DNA of 32,000 bases. Source: Bellilinea caldifistulae (GTDB lineage: Bacteria > Chloroflexota > Anaerolineae > Anaerolineales > Anaerolineaceae). The stretch is taken from assembly GCF_001306055.1 (NCBI RefSeq), contig NZ_LGHJ01000017.1, positions 240,001-272,000 of the forward strand. Direction: 5' to 3'. Below are positions 1 through 7,658 of the stretch, piece by piece. Both the position numbers and the translations under genes were made by a program. Under the pieces are notes generated by a model, which saw nothing but the letters and a program-made list of their open reading frames with translations, did no database searches and was not told the origin of the DNA. Every line of letters begins with the position of its first letter. The first letter of the stretch is position 1.

Positions 1-49
1 AGGGCAGGGTCATCCGGCTGGAACAGAACCGCACGATGGAGATGGTGAG

Positions 50-556
50 ATGGACGGCTGTATCCTCGGACTGATTTTGTTTCTGGCGGTGGTACTGTAT
101 TTCACGCTTGGACTGCGGGTGACGGCGGAGTTGACCCCACCGGCGGAGCGGCATGTGGACGCCCGCAGCAATGACCCGGCGGAGACCTACCGCAGGGTGA
201 TGGGCGTGGCGGATGAGGTACACAGCCGCTGGTACGAGGGCAAACACCCTGATGAGGTGATTCACCTGCACCTGCCCAACCGTGCGGAGATGGCGAAGCA
301 CGACACGGACGTGCGGATCAATTTTCGCTGGCTGGAACGGGACGCCGGGGATGTGGATGTGGTACTGCACTATGAGGGTGAACCCGCCGTTGACCGGCGA
401 GTACGCTGGGACAGGGTGGAGCGCAGCGCAGACGGCAGTATCCGGCGTGCCGAATGGCGGCACAGAGTACCCCGAATGGGGCACAAAGAGGCGGGCTGTC
501 TGCCGCTGCTGGTTGTGGCGGTGTTGGTGGTCGTGGTGGGAGTTGTTCTGTGGTGA
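50..556 (+). CDS. hypothetical membrane protein with a hydrophobic helix at each end
   Basis: 168 aa ORF. N-terminal CILGLILFLAVVLYFTLGL and C-terminal LPLLVVAVLVVVVGVVLW hydrophobic segments. G/C-rich third codon positions. Its stop overlaps a GTG of the next ORF (GTGA at 553-556). Confidence 0.5.
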   Translation: MDGCILGLILFLAVVLYFTLGLRVTAELTPPAERHVDARSNDPAETYRRVMGVADEVHSRWYEGKHPDEVIHLHLPNRAEMAKHDTDVRINFRWLERDAGDVDVVLHYEGEPAVDRRVRWDRVERSADGSIRRAEWRHRVPRMGHKEAGCLPLLVVAVLVVVVGVVLW

Positions 557-561
557 AGCGG

Positions 562-1469
562 ATGACGGTTGTCGTGTTCCTGTTGCTGTGCGGGTGCGTG
601 AGCGCACCGGCGCAGATTGTCCCGCCCGACCCGGCGGCGTTGCGGGCAACCGCCCAGGCTGCCGAGGCGTTAGCCGGGCAGGTGGAAGAACAGGCACGGG
701 CAACCCAATCTGCCCAGGAGACCTACCTGCGGCAGACCGCCGAAGCGGTGAGCATCGAAGCCACCCGGCAGGCGGTCAGCGTGGAAGCCACCAAACAGGC
801 GTTACTGGTCGCCGAGCAGACCTACCGGATGACGGCAACCGCCCATGCGGTGGAGCGGGAGGCGGAGCGGGAAGAGCAAGCCCGCCGTCAGGAGGGTGTG
901 CTGCACCTGCTGGCGCTGGTCGTCCTGCTGCTGACCCTCTTATCCCTCGGCGGGGTGTTGGTGCTGCTGGTGTGGAAAGCGGGCAACGAGTGGATTGGCT
1001 GGCAGTCGCGGCGCAGGCAGTTGGTGGAGAGCCGGGCGGGGACGCTGCTGCTGGTGGCGGAGAACGGCCCGCCGGTGCGGGTGCAGGTCATTCAACCGGC
1101 GTTACCGGCGAGGCTGCCGGTGGTCGAGGACGAGGAGACCGAGACCGAGCCGATCCCGTACTCGGTGGACGGGGAACTGGTGGGCTTCATCCAGCGCAGG
1201 GGAGACCCGCAGCGGAGGCTGGTGTTGAGACTGCTGCGGGAGAGCATCCAGGCGGTTGGAGCGAGAAGCAGCCGCTTCCCGGCTGGCGGGAGTTGGGATG
1301 GAGTGCGGAAGTGTGGACGCAGGCGGTGCGACTGCTGTGGCGGTATGTCGAAACCCAGCCGGGCAAGGGTACATACCTGACGGGGGAGTACCCGACCTTG
1401 CAGGAGTTGTACTATGCGGTAGGAGAGAAGCGGGCAATCCTCTCCCCTGCCCCGCAGGAGGTTGATTGA
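562..1469 (+). pseudogene. putative lipoprotein / membrane-anchored coiled-coil protein whose reading frame changes near 1255
   Basis: Begins MTVVVFLLLCGCVSAP (lipobox-like LLCGC), followed by Q/A/E-rich coiled-coil-like text and a TM segment (LHLLALVVLLLTLLSLGGVLVLLVW). After ...RLLRESIQAVG the G/C-rich third-position signal moves to the -1 frame (WSEKQPLPGWRELGWSAEVWTQAVRLLWRYVETQPGKGTYL...EVD, stop at 1467-1469). That frame has no start codon nearby. Confidence 0.45.
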
Positions 1470-1478
1470 TTGTTCGGC

Positions 1479-1556
1479 GAACAGAACGGCGAACAGAACA
1501 GAACAGGATGGAACAGAGCAGAACAGGGCAGAACGATGGAACTGGATAACGAACTG
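1479..1556. repeat. phased GAACAG / GAAC repeat array
   Basis: GAAC starts at 1479, 1485, 1491, 1496, 1501, 1511, 1521, 1531, 1539 and 1551. The copies at 1491, 1501, 1511, 1521 and 1531 are exactly 10 bp apart. The array lies between the stop at 1469 and the ATG at 1536. Confidence 0.8.
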
Positions 1557-1784
1557 GTCAAATTCAATCCGTACCGCTGCAAGGCGTTAGGCTTGACGGA
1601 AGTCGAGGCACGCTGTTTGAACTTCGTCCGCATTCACACACCGCTCACGGCACGGCTGAAGCAGAGTTTTCCGGTCGTGTACGAGAAGTTAGAACGGCGT
1701 GGGCTGATCGAGAACATCGGCGGCGAGTGGCGGCTGACCGAAGCCGGGCGGAGCAAGATACGGGTACTTTTGATGGGCAAATGA
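1536..1784 (+). CDS. small winged-helix-like DNA-binding protein (hypothetical)
   Basis: Internal ATG (MELDNELVKFNPYRCKALGLTEVEARCLNFV...LERRGLIENIGGEWRLTEAGR) has the layout of a small wHTH regulator. The longer TTG-initiated ORF from 1470 would translate the repeat array. Confidence 0.5.
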   Translation: MELDNELVKFNPYRCKALGLTEVEARCLNFVRIHTPLTARLKQSFPVVYEKLERRGLIENIGGEWRLTEAGRSKIRVLLMGK

Positions 1785-1787
1785 GCG

Positions 1788-2117
1788 ATGCGGCGGTTTG
1801 TGTTGATACGGGAGAGCGATCCCAGCGGCGTGAGCGGGACGGGTATCGTGGCGGAAGGGGTGGAGTTTTCGGATGGGATGGCGGTACTGCACTGGCGGCG
1901 AGAGCCGTATGGGTTGAATGTGTACCTACGGGTTGAAGATTTACTCGCCGTACATGGACACGGCGGGATGAGTTATATCCGGTGGATAGACGGAGATGGA
2001 CATGGACAAGAGCGAATGGAGAGTATATCGAATCGAGGACAAAGAGGATTGGGAAGCGGCGATAGCGTTGTACGCCAAACGCAAGGGGGTGAAGCCTCGC
2101 TATGCACGGGTGAGTGA
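1788..2117 (+). CDS. hypothetical protein, small mobile-element type
   Basis: MRRFVLIRESDPSGVSGTGIVAEGVEFSDGMAVLHWRREPYGLNVYLRVEDLLAVHGHGGMSYIRWID reads like a real domain. The last roughly 40 codons overlap the next, better-looking ORF in another frame. Confidence 0.45.
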   Translation: MRRFVLIRESDPSGVSGTGIVAEGVEFSDGMAVLHWRREPYGLNVYLRVEDLLAVHGHGGMSYIRWIDGDGHGQERMESISNRGQRGLGSGDSVVRQTQGGEASLCTGE

Positions 2118-2265
2118 GAAAGCACCGGCGTGGCTGCTGTCGCTTCTGGAAGAAGCTGACGGGTTGGAGATTGAACGGGCAAGCAATCTGCTGCCGCTGG
2201 ATGTCTGGCTGACGCATGAGAAGAAGGCGGAGCCGCAGATGAGTCTGTTCGGGGAGGCGGGATGA
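1996..2265 (+). CDS. hypothetical protein
   Basis: 89 aa ORF with good coding third-position bias. Its stop overlaps the parA-like start (ATGA at 2262-2265). Confidence 0.5.
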   Translation: MDMDKSEWRVYRIEDKEDWEAAIALYAKRKGVKPRYARVSEKAPAWLLSLLEEADGLEIERASNLLPLDVWLTHEKKAEPQMSLFGEAG

Positions 2266-3050
2266 AGGTCTTTTCGTTCATCAACCAGAAAGGCGGGGTA
2301 GGCAAGACGACCTCGGCGATCACGCTGGGGCATGGATTGGCAATTGGGGGATACAGGGTGTTGTTGATTGATGGGGACAAACAGGGTCATGTCGAAAGGC
2401 ATTTGAAAATACCCAAAGCGGGGGGTTTTCGGCGCTGGTTTTATGAAGAAGAACCGATGGAGAAACACATCGTTGAGGCGCGTCCGAATCTGTGGGTATT
2501 ACCGGGTGACAAGAGTACCAATCTGGTGATTGGAAAGTTGAGGGATGAACCGCTAGCAACGCCGTTGTTCGTGCGGCGGATTCGACAGGAAGCGGAAAGT
2601 TTAGGGATGCAAGTATGTTTGATTGACTTGGGGCCGGGGCTGGATCACTTACAAACGGCGGCGATGATGGCATCGGATTATGTGGTGATACCGGTATCGC
2701 CGCGCTTTCTGGACATGGATGGGGTGGCCGAAGTAACCAGCACGATGGCAGAGTTGAATTACAGCAAAGGGAAGAGTTGGGAGCGGTTCATAATCTTACC
2801 GACCATGTATGTACGGGTATGGCGGGAAAGTGGGACGCGGCTGAAGGAGTTGGTGGACACTTTTGGGTCATTGGTTTGGCCGCCGATACCGAATGATCCG
2901 CGGGTGGTGGAGTCGGCTGGGCGTGGGATGACGCTGTGGGAATATGCAGCGGAAACGAAGGCGGTAAAGGGTATCGAAGCAGGCGGAAAACGGATTGGCG
3001 GGTACGAGGAAGCCTTGCGGCGAATGAGAAGGTTGTTGGAGGAAGGATGA
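2262..3050 (+). CDS. parA: ParA/Soj-family partition ATPase
   Basis: Deviant Walker A NQKGGVGKTT near the N-terminus, LLIDGDKQG, 262 aa. Followed by a small RHH gene with an ATGA overlap. Confidence 0.9.
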   Translation: MKVFSFINQKGGVGKTTSAITLGHGLAIGGYRVLLIDGDKQGHVERHLKIPKAGGFRRWFYEEEPMEKHIVEARPNLWVLPGDKSTNLVIGKLRDEPLATPLFVRRIRQEAESLGMQVCLIDLGPGLDHLQTAAMMASDYVVIPVSPRFLDMDGVAEVTSTMAELNYSKGKSWERFIILPTMYVRVWRESGTRLKELVDTFGSLVWPPIPNDPRVVESAGRGMTLWEYAAETKAVKGIEAGGKRIGGYEEALRRMRRLLEEG

Positions 3051-3508
3051 GCAAACGGAAGAAAGACGATCAAGTTCTTTCTGCATTTGAGGGATACGAT
3101 GAAGGGCTACGGTTGTTGATGGAAGAGACCGAGCGGCGAGCAGAAGAGAGTCGGTTATCGCCGGAAGAGCGGAAGAAATTAGCCCAAATGCGCAAGCGGG
3201 AAGAGGAAAAGAAACGCAAAGAAAAAGCCCGTGCAATGGCTCGGGAGAAAAACCGTGTCACAACTTACCTGCCAACGAATTTACGGGAAAGGATTGAACG
3301 AATTGCAGAAAAAGAAAACGTAAGCATGTCGCAGGTGATCACCTTCTTCCTGTTTGAAGCGGTGGAACGGTATGACAAAGGTGAGATTGGTTTTTGGGGC
3401 TTCAAGCATCCCTCAGAATCACCGCGTTACAACTGGATTCTGGTTCATCCGCAGGATGTAGAAAGGACAGAAAAAATTGAGTCGCGGAAAAGTAAAAAAT
3501 CGTGGTGA
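3047..3508 (+). CDS. ribbon-helix-helix centromere-binding-type protein (ParG-like partner of ParA)
   Basis: Lys/Glu/Arg-rich N-terminal tail, then an RHH-like segment RVTTYLPTNLRERIERIAEKENVSMSQVITFFLFEAVERY. Translationally coupled to parA. Confidence 0.6.
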   Translation: MSKRKKDDQVLSAFEGYDEGLRLLMEETERRAEESRLSPEERKKLAQMRKREEEKKRKEKARAMAREKNRVTTYLPTNLRERIERIAEKENVSMSQVITFFLFEAVERYDKGEIGFWGFKHPSESPRYNWILVHPQDVERTEKIESRKSKKSW

Positions 3509-3520
3509 AAAACAAAACTA

Positions 3521-3625
3521 TAGAACGTTCCAATGGTTTTCAAGGAACGTTCCATTACAACGTTCCTTGAAAAGTAAAGGAACGCTATTATGGAACGTTC
3601 CTTCAAAAAATCAAGAACGTTTCTT
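3521..3625. repeat. array of six (G)GAACGTTC(C) palindromic boxes; candidate centromere or iterons
   Basis: Boxes at 3523-3530, 3544-3553, 3559-3566 (half site), 3579-3586 (GGAACGCT), 3592-3601 and 3615-3623 (GAACGTTTC). They are arranged roughly symmetrically about position 3570, immediately after the parA/RHH pair. Confidence 0.75.
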
Positions 3626-3682
3626 GTCGCGTTTAGAAGCCCTACAAGCCCTCTATTTTTCATGGGTGGCTATGTCAATATG

Positions 3683-3738
3683 GGTTGTTTGAAAAGGTGG
3701 CTGAAAATGGCTAATTTCGATTGTTTCAGAAACAACCA
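3683..3738. promoter_or_regulatory. inverted repeats upstream of the wHTH gene (candidate operator)
   Basis: Perfect palindrome TTGTTTC-A-GAAACAA at 3721-3735. GGTTGTTT (3683-3690) is complementary to AAACAACC (3731-3738). RBS GGAGGTG precedes the ATG at 3762. Confidence 0.45.
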
Positions 3739-3761
3739 AAATCCAGTTTTGGAGGTGAAAA

Positions 3762-4055
3762 ATGAGCAGTGAAATCATGGCAAGAGTATGGCAAAACAGC
3801 CAGGCGGGGGGCGACAAACTGTTGTTGCTGCTGGCGTTGGCAGATGGGGCGGACGGCGATGGTCTGGTCATTGTGAACAAGCCGCTGCTGGCGGACAAGT
3901 GTCGTCGAAGCGTGAAAGGGATCGAGCGGGCGTTGGAGGAGTTGGAGCGAGCGAACGAACTGGTGCGCAGGGGAAACCTGGCGGTCATTCTGGCAGGGCG
4001 GGATCGGGACGAGGGTGAAACCGTCCTGCGCCGTTGGGAGGTGGGGAATGAGTAA
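3762..4055 (+). CDS. helix-turn-helix protein, plasmid/phage replication-associated type
   Basis: MARVWQNSQAGGDKLLLLLALADGADGDG...KCRRSVKGIERALEELERANELV resembles the common HTH-domain proteins encoded beside replication genes in mobile elements. This is an assignment by pattern only. Confidence 0.5.
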   Translation: MSSEIMARVWQNSQAGGDKLLLLLALADGADGDGLVIVNKPLLADKCRRSVKGIERALEELERANELVRRGNLAVILAGRDRDEGETVLRRWEVGNE

Positions 4056-4135
4056 TGATTTGCAAGGCGTGATCAACCTGATTCGGGCGATAGCGGCGAA
4101 TATACGGATTTAGACAATTTAGCGGGAGGGAAGAG

Positions 4136-5197
4136 GTGATGAGTGAAAACGACGATTTCGGCCCGATACTGGACGGGATCAGCATACCGGACACGGTGGT
4201 GCTGCCGCCGGAGGTGGTGATGCTCTTGCCGTGGCTGAGCCTGGCGGAGTTGAAGGTGGTGATTGCGGCGGTTGCCCGGCTGATGCAGGTGGGGGGCGCC
4301 GAGCCGATCACCCTGTCGGAGTTTCAGGAGTTGACCGGCTTATCGCGCCCGGCGGTGCTGGACGGCATTGAACGGGCGATGAAACGGGGGCTGCTGATGC
4401 GCTTCGAGATGACCGGTTATCGTGGTCACACCATGCACGTGTACGAGTTGAAACCGAGGGCTATCGGTGGGAATTTTCCACCGATTGGCGGCTCAATCGG
4501 TAAAGATTTTATCGGTAAAAAATTTTTACCGATTACGCCTATTAAAGCAAAGCAAAGTAAAGATGTTGTTAATGATCTAGATTTAACAACAACAAACTTT
4601 GCTTTGCTTAACTTAAGCGAGCGCGAAAAAATTTTTTCAAAAAAAACGCCCGAAAACGAGGCAAAAAACGGGCTTTTTGCGCGGTTGCGCAAAATCGGAA
4701 TTTACGCCAAAACAGCAAGATTTTTGCTGGATCACTTCCCCCTGGAGCGGATCGAAAAGTGTTTGGGGTTGTACCCATTGGCGGTCAAAGCGGGAAGAGC
4801 GGATGGTCCCGGCTGGCTGGTCAAAGCGGTGAGCGATGCGACCTGGGATTTGGACATCGAGCAAGCCGACCTGCAGGAGCGGGTTGAAGCGCAAACGGCA
4901 GAACAAGGCAAATCGAACGGACGCCGAAAACCGACCAAACCACAGTTGCCCAAGAGCATGGCGGAGGGGCTGCAAGAAATCGGCTGGAACGGGAACCCAG
5001 CGGAGTTGGCGGAGTATTACCGCGCCGACCGCAAAGCGTTCAAGGCGTGGTTGGAATGGGCTTTGACGCAGCCGAGGGAATATGCTGCCGCCCGCTTTCT
5101 GACCGGGCTGCGTTCCGGGCTGCTGCCGCCCAAAAAACAAACCGATGACCGCCGCCGGTATGTCGAGGGTGAGTATGCGGACTTCATCGAGCATTAG
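4136..5197 (+). CDS. replication-initiator-like protein with an N-terminal wHTH, an AT-rich-encoded linker and a C-terminal domain
   Basis: 353 aa. N-terminal ITLSEFQELTGLSRPAVLDGIERAMKRGLL is wHTH-like. The central part is encoded by the AT-rich palindromic DNA at 4460-4730. The C-terminus contains GIYAKTARFLLDHFPLERIEKCL...GPGWLVKAV. An alternative ATG is at 4139. Confidence 0.55.
   Translation: MMSENDDFGPILDGISIPDTVVLPPEVVMLLPWLSLAELKVVIAAVARLMQVGGAEPITLSEFQELTGLSRPAVLDGIERAMKRGLLMRFEMTGYRGHTMHVYELKPRAIGGNFPPIGGSIGKDFIGKKFLPITPIKAKQSKDVVNDLDLTTTNFALLNLSEREKIFSKKTPENEAKNGLFARLRKIGIYAKTARFLLDHFPLERIEKCLGLYPLAVKAGRADGPGWLVKAVSDATWDLDIEQADLQERVEAQTAEQGKSNGRRKPTKPQLPKSMAEGLQEIGWNGNPAELAEYYRADRKAFKAWLEWALTQPREYAAARFLTGLRSGLLPPKKQTDDRRRYVEGEYADFIEH
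4460..4730. other. putative replication origin embedded in the initiator-like gene
   Basis: Sharp local drop in GC inside a GC-rich ORF. There are two 23 bp palindromes sharing ATCGGT...ACCGAT arms (4463-4485 and 4511-4533), plus CCGATTG-N6-CAATCGG (4481-4500). A 65 bp near-perfect cruciform lies at 4545-4609 (AAGCAAAGCAAAGT / ACTTTGCTTTGCTT arms, centre ATCTAGAT). A/T runs span 4625-4680. Confidence 0.5.
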
Positions 5198-5417
5198 GCA
5201 GTTGCAGGAGCAATTGGGCGGCGAGTTGGTCATCGAGTTAGTGCGGGACTTACCCACCGCCGAACTGCAAGCCGCCTTTCTGGACGAGAATCACCCGCTG
5301 GCCAAAGATTTGCGGACGGCGGTCATAGCAGCGGTGGATGCCGGGCGCAATCATGCGCGGCAGATCGTGGTCACGGCGTTGGAGAAGGTTTTACAGGAGC
5401 GGTTGGATGAACGATAA
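5175..5417 (+). CDS. hypothetical small protein
   Basis: MRTSSSIRQLQEQLGGELVIELVRDLPTAELQAAFLDENHPLAKDL... has good third-position GC. The start is uncertain (5145, 5160 or 5175). It overlaps the neighbouring genes at both ends. Confidence 0.4.
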   Translation: MRTSSSIRQLQEQLGGELVIELVRDLPTAELQAAFLDENHPLAKDLRTAVIAAVDAGRNHARQIVVTALEKVLQERLDER

Positions 5418-5805
5418 ATTTCTGCCGATTGTGGGCAAGATCATCCGCCATGCCCGGCGGGTGCAGCGGGAGTTGGGACCGGGACATGCCGAACTGGTGT
5501 ATCATCGGGCGTTGCTGCTGGAATTGCGCTCCGCCGGTGAAGAAGTGTTTTACCAGCCGCGCCTGAAAGTGCGCTATGACGGGCAGGCAGTGGGTGAGGT
5601 GGTGCCGGACTTGCTGGTGCGCAAGGGCAACGCTTCGGTGTTGATCGAGTGCAAGGCAACGGGGCGGTTCGAGCAGGCGGACTTCGACCAGTTGCGCCGC
5701 TACCTGCGGGCGTATCAGGGCGATGCGGTGGGGCTGCTGCTGGGCTTTAGCGGCGAGCGGTTGGAGTTCCGGCGGGTGTGGCGGGAAGAGCGGGTAAAAT
5801 CTTGA
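5407..5805 (+). CDS. GxxExxY family protein (PD-(D/E)XK nuclease superfamily)
   Basis: LGPGHAELVYHRALLLEL carries the G-x-x-E-x-x-Y signature. It is followed by VPDLLVRKGNASVLIECKA, a PD...E-x-K-like motif. Confidence 0.75.
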   Translation: MNDKFLPIVGKIIRHARRVQRELGPGHAELVYHRALLLELRSAGEEVFYQPRLKVRYDGQAVGEVVPDLLVRKGNASVLIECKATGRFEQADFDQLRRYLRAYQGDAVGLLLGFSGERLEFRRVWREERVKS

Positions 5806-5821
5806 AAAACCGGGAGGTTTG

Positions 5822-6253
5822 ATGAAACGGTACAATCAGGTGATTCTGGACGGGCAGATGAGCCTGAGGCGGGTGTACGCCATCCGGGGCGTGCTGGCGG
5901 TAGAAGCCGTCCTGTCCACCGATTTGGCGGTGCTGGGCGGCAGTCATCGGGTGGTGTGTGAGAACGACCTGGCGCTGGAAACGCTGGCGTTCGTCCTGAC
6001 CAGCCGGGCGCATCGGGAAGCCCTGCACGCCACCGTCCACGGCTGGCTGTGGTCTGCGGATGAGCGGGCGCATGTGGTTGCCCGTGAAGTGGTCTTTCAT
6101 GTCCCGCCGCTTCTGCGGGAGCAGGCGGTCAATGTCATCAAGCAGTTGCGGAAATCGCAGCCCGGCTTGCCGGAGCGAGTAGCGGTGAACGGCTGGCAGG
6201 TGAATGTGCGGGAGATCCTGGCGGATGTGGAGATGGACGGCGCGCCGGTCTAG
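5822..6253 (+). CDS. hypothetical protein
   Basis: Strong G/C third-position bias on the + strand. GGGAGG lies 6-12 nt upstream of the ATG. No motif recognised. Confidence 0.5.
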   Translation: MKRYNQVILDGQMSLRRVYAIRGVLAVEAVLSTDLAVLGGSHRVVCENDLALETLAFVLTSRAHREALHATVHGWLWSADERAHVVAREVVFHVPPLLREQAVNVIKQLRKSQPGLPERVAVNGWQVNVREILADVEMDGAPV

Positions 6254-6430
6254 CGACCGGCAAGGGCAGCCTGGCGGCTGGGCGTGCGGCACAAAGCGCC
6301 TTGCGCCCCGTCACCGCTGGACGCCTAGCGGCGTCTGCGCTCTTGGCGTAGCCGCCTGCGTTCGGGGGCGCACCGGCGCAGGTGTGCCTTGTGCGGGCTA
6401 CCGCCCGCTGAATCTTTGCGGAGGCGCAGC

Positions 6431-6634
6431 ATGGACTACCTGATGCGGTTTTTCAGAAATGTGCTGGTTTTGTTTTTGGTCGTGGGCGGGATGCTGCTGG
6501 TCTTGCTGCTCACCGGTCAGGGTGAGGCTTTGAACGTGTTTGGCTCGATGTTCGAGGTCTATGATGCACTGGGCATATTGCCGTATGTGTTGATTTTGCT
6601 GATATTGGCTGTTTTACCGAAACGGCGGAGGTAA
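6431..6634 (+). CDS. small two-TM membrane protein
   Basis: MDYLMRFFRNVLVLFLVVGGMLLVLLLTG...GILPYVLILLILAVLPKRRR. GGAGG lies upstream of the ATG at 6431. Confidence 0.55.
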   Translation: MDYLMRFFRNVLVLFLVVGGMLLVLLLTGQGEALNVFGSMFEVYDALGILPYVLILLILAVLPKRRR

Positions 6635-6670
6635 AGGGCTGAACGAGGTGGTATGGCGTTTCGACATCAC

Positions 6671-6705
6671 AAAACGAACCGGCAAATTTTGCCGCTTCGT
6701 TTTTG
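6671..6705 (+). terminator. intrinsic terminator-like hairpin
   Basis: AAAACGAACCGGCAAA / TTTGCCGCTTCGTTTT is a 16 bp stem with one mismatch, followed by a T run. It lies directly after the 6431-6634 ORF. Confidence 0.6.
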
Positions 6706-6728
6706 GGACGTGCGGGGAGGAGTGAGGC

Positions 6729-7619
6729 ATGAATGCCCTGGATTTGTTCTGCGGTGGTGGTGGGGCTGGTCTGGCGATGGCACGCTTGGGGCTTGAGCCG
6801 CTGGGGGTGGATCGGGATGAGAGCGCACTGGAGGTTTACCGGCATGTGGGTACAACAGTGCGGGGAGATGGGGCGCATCTCGACCCGCTTGCTGTGTGGG
6901 AGGAGAATCTACCGCCCTGGTTGATCTGGGCGTCTCCACCCTGTCAGCCGTGGAGCGAAGGGAGGCGCAATCGGGGCTTGCTGTGGGGCTTTGAGACGAC
7001 CGGCGGTAAACTCCTGTTGGAGCCCTTGCGTTGGGCAGAGGCACTTAAGCCGGAGTGGGTGGTGGTGGAGAACGTGGATGGATTGCCGGATGAGCAAATC
7101 GTGCCGCTCACGGATGGGCTGGCCAGGCAGTTTGCCTTTGTCAGCATCCTGCGCTTGAACGCACGGGACTGGCTTCCGCAGAAACGAGGGCATGTGTTTG
7201 TGATTGGCGGTCCCGCTCCGGTGGTTGAACCGGCGGGAGCGGGTGGAAAACGCTTTGGTGATATTCTGGATGGACATGACGCCGAACCGGTGAAAGCCAA
7301 TCACCTGCGCTACGCCCTGCGCAAGCGATTCGATGTGCCGATTGTGACACTGGATGACGTACTGCCAACGGTGACGACCCGACCGTACAGCCAGCGGTGG
7401 ACGGCGTTCGTGATGACCGAGCGGGGTAAACTGCGCTTCCCAACGTTTCTGGAAGCGGCACGGGCGCAGGGTTTCCCGGATGAGCATCCTCTTCATGACC
7501 TGTACCGAAGGCATCCACAAGTTGCCTGGCGTTTACTGGGCAACGCTGTGCCGGTGCCTCTGGCAGAGTCAGTATTGCGGGTACTCATTGGAGCGGGCGA
7601 TGAGGGTGGTGGGGGGTAA
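6729..7619 (+). CDS. dcm: DNA (cytosine-5)-methyltransferase
   Basis: Motif I DLFCGGGG, motif IV PPCQPWS, motif VI VVVENV, motif VIII QKRGHVFVIG, motif X LGNAVPVPL. Confidence 0.9.
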   Translation: MNALDLFCGGGGAGLAMARLGLEPLGVDRDESALEVYRHVGTTVRGDGAHLDPLAVWEENLPPWLIWASPPCQPWSEGRRNRGLLWGFETTGGKLLLEPLRWAEALKPEWVVVENVDGLPDEQIVPLTDGLARQFAFVSILRLNARDWLPQKRGHVFVIGGPAPVVEPAGAGGKRFGDILDGHDAEPVKANHLRYALRKRFDVPIVTLDDVLPTVTTRPYSQRWTAFVMTERGKLRFPTFLEAARAQGFPDEHPLHDLYRRHPQVAWRLLGNAVPVPLAESVLRVLIGAGDEGGGG

Positions 7620-7658
7620 TTGCATGGCGAAACAAATCGGAATTGTTTGGGAGCGAAA

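Noticed and set aside
282-1250. Long + strand ORF 282-1469 (395 aa), rich in G, R, A and P
   Set aside because: Over 282-1250 it is the out-of-frame shadow of ORFs 50-556 and 562-1380 in GC-rich DNA, with low-complexity Gly/Arg/Ala/Pro text. Only its last roughly 70 codons (1255-1469) look genuinely coding, and those are treated as the continuation of the frameshifted gene.
3521-3625. CRISPR-like appearance of regularly spaced repeats
   Set aside because: The repeats are only 8-10 bp, palindromic and spaced 14-22 bp apart, with no cas genes. They fit protein-binding boxes, not a CRISPR array.
4426-4692. 88 aa minus-strand ORF inside the AT-rich island of the rep-like gene
   Set aside because: It lies within palindromic DNA, where both strands stay open by symmetry. 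It has no RBS and the translation is low-complexity.
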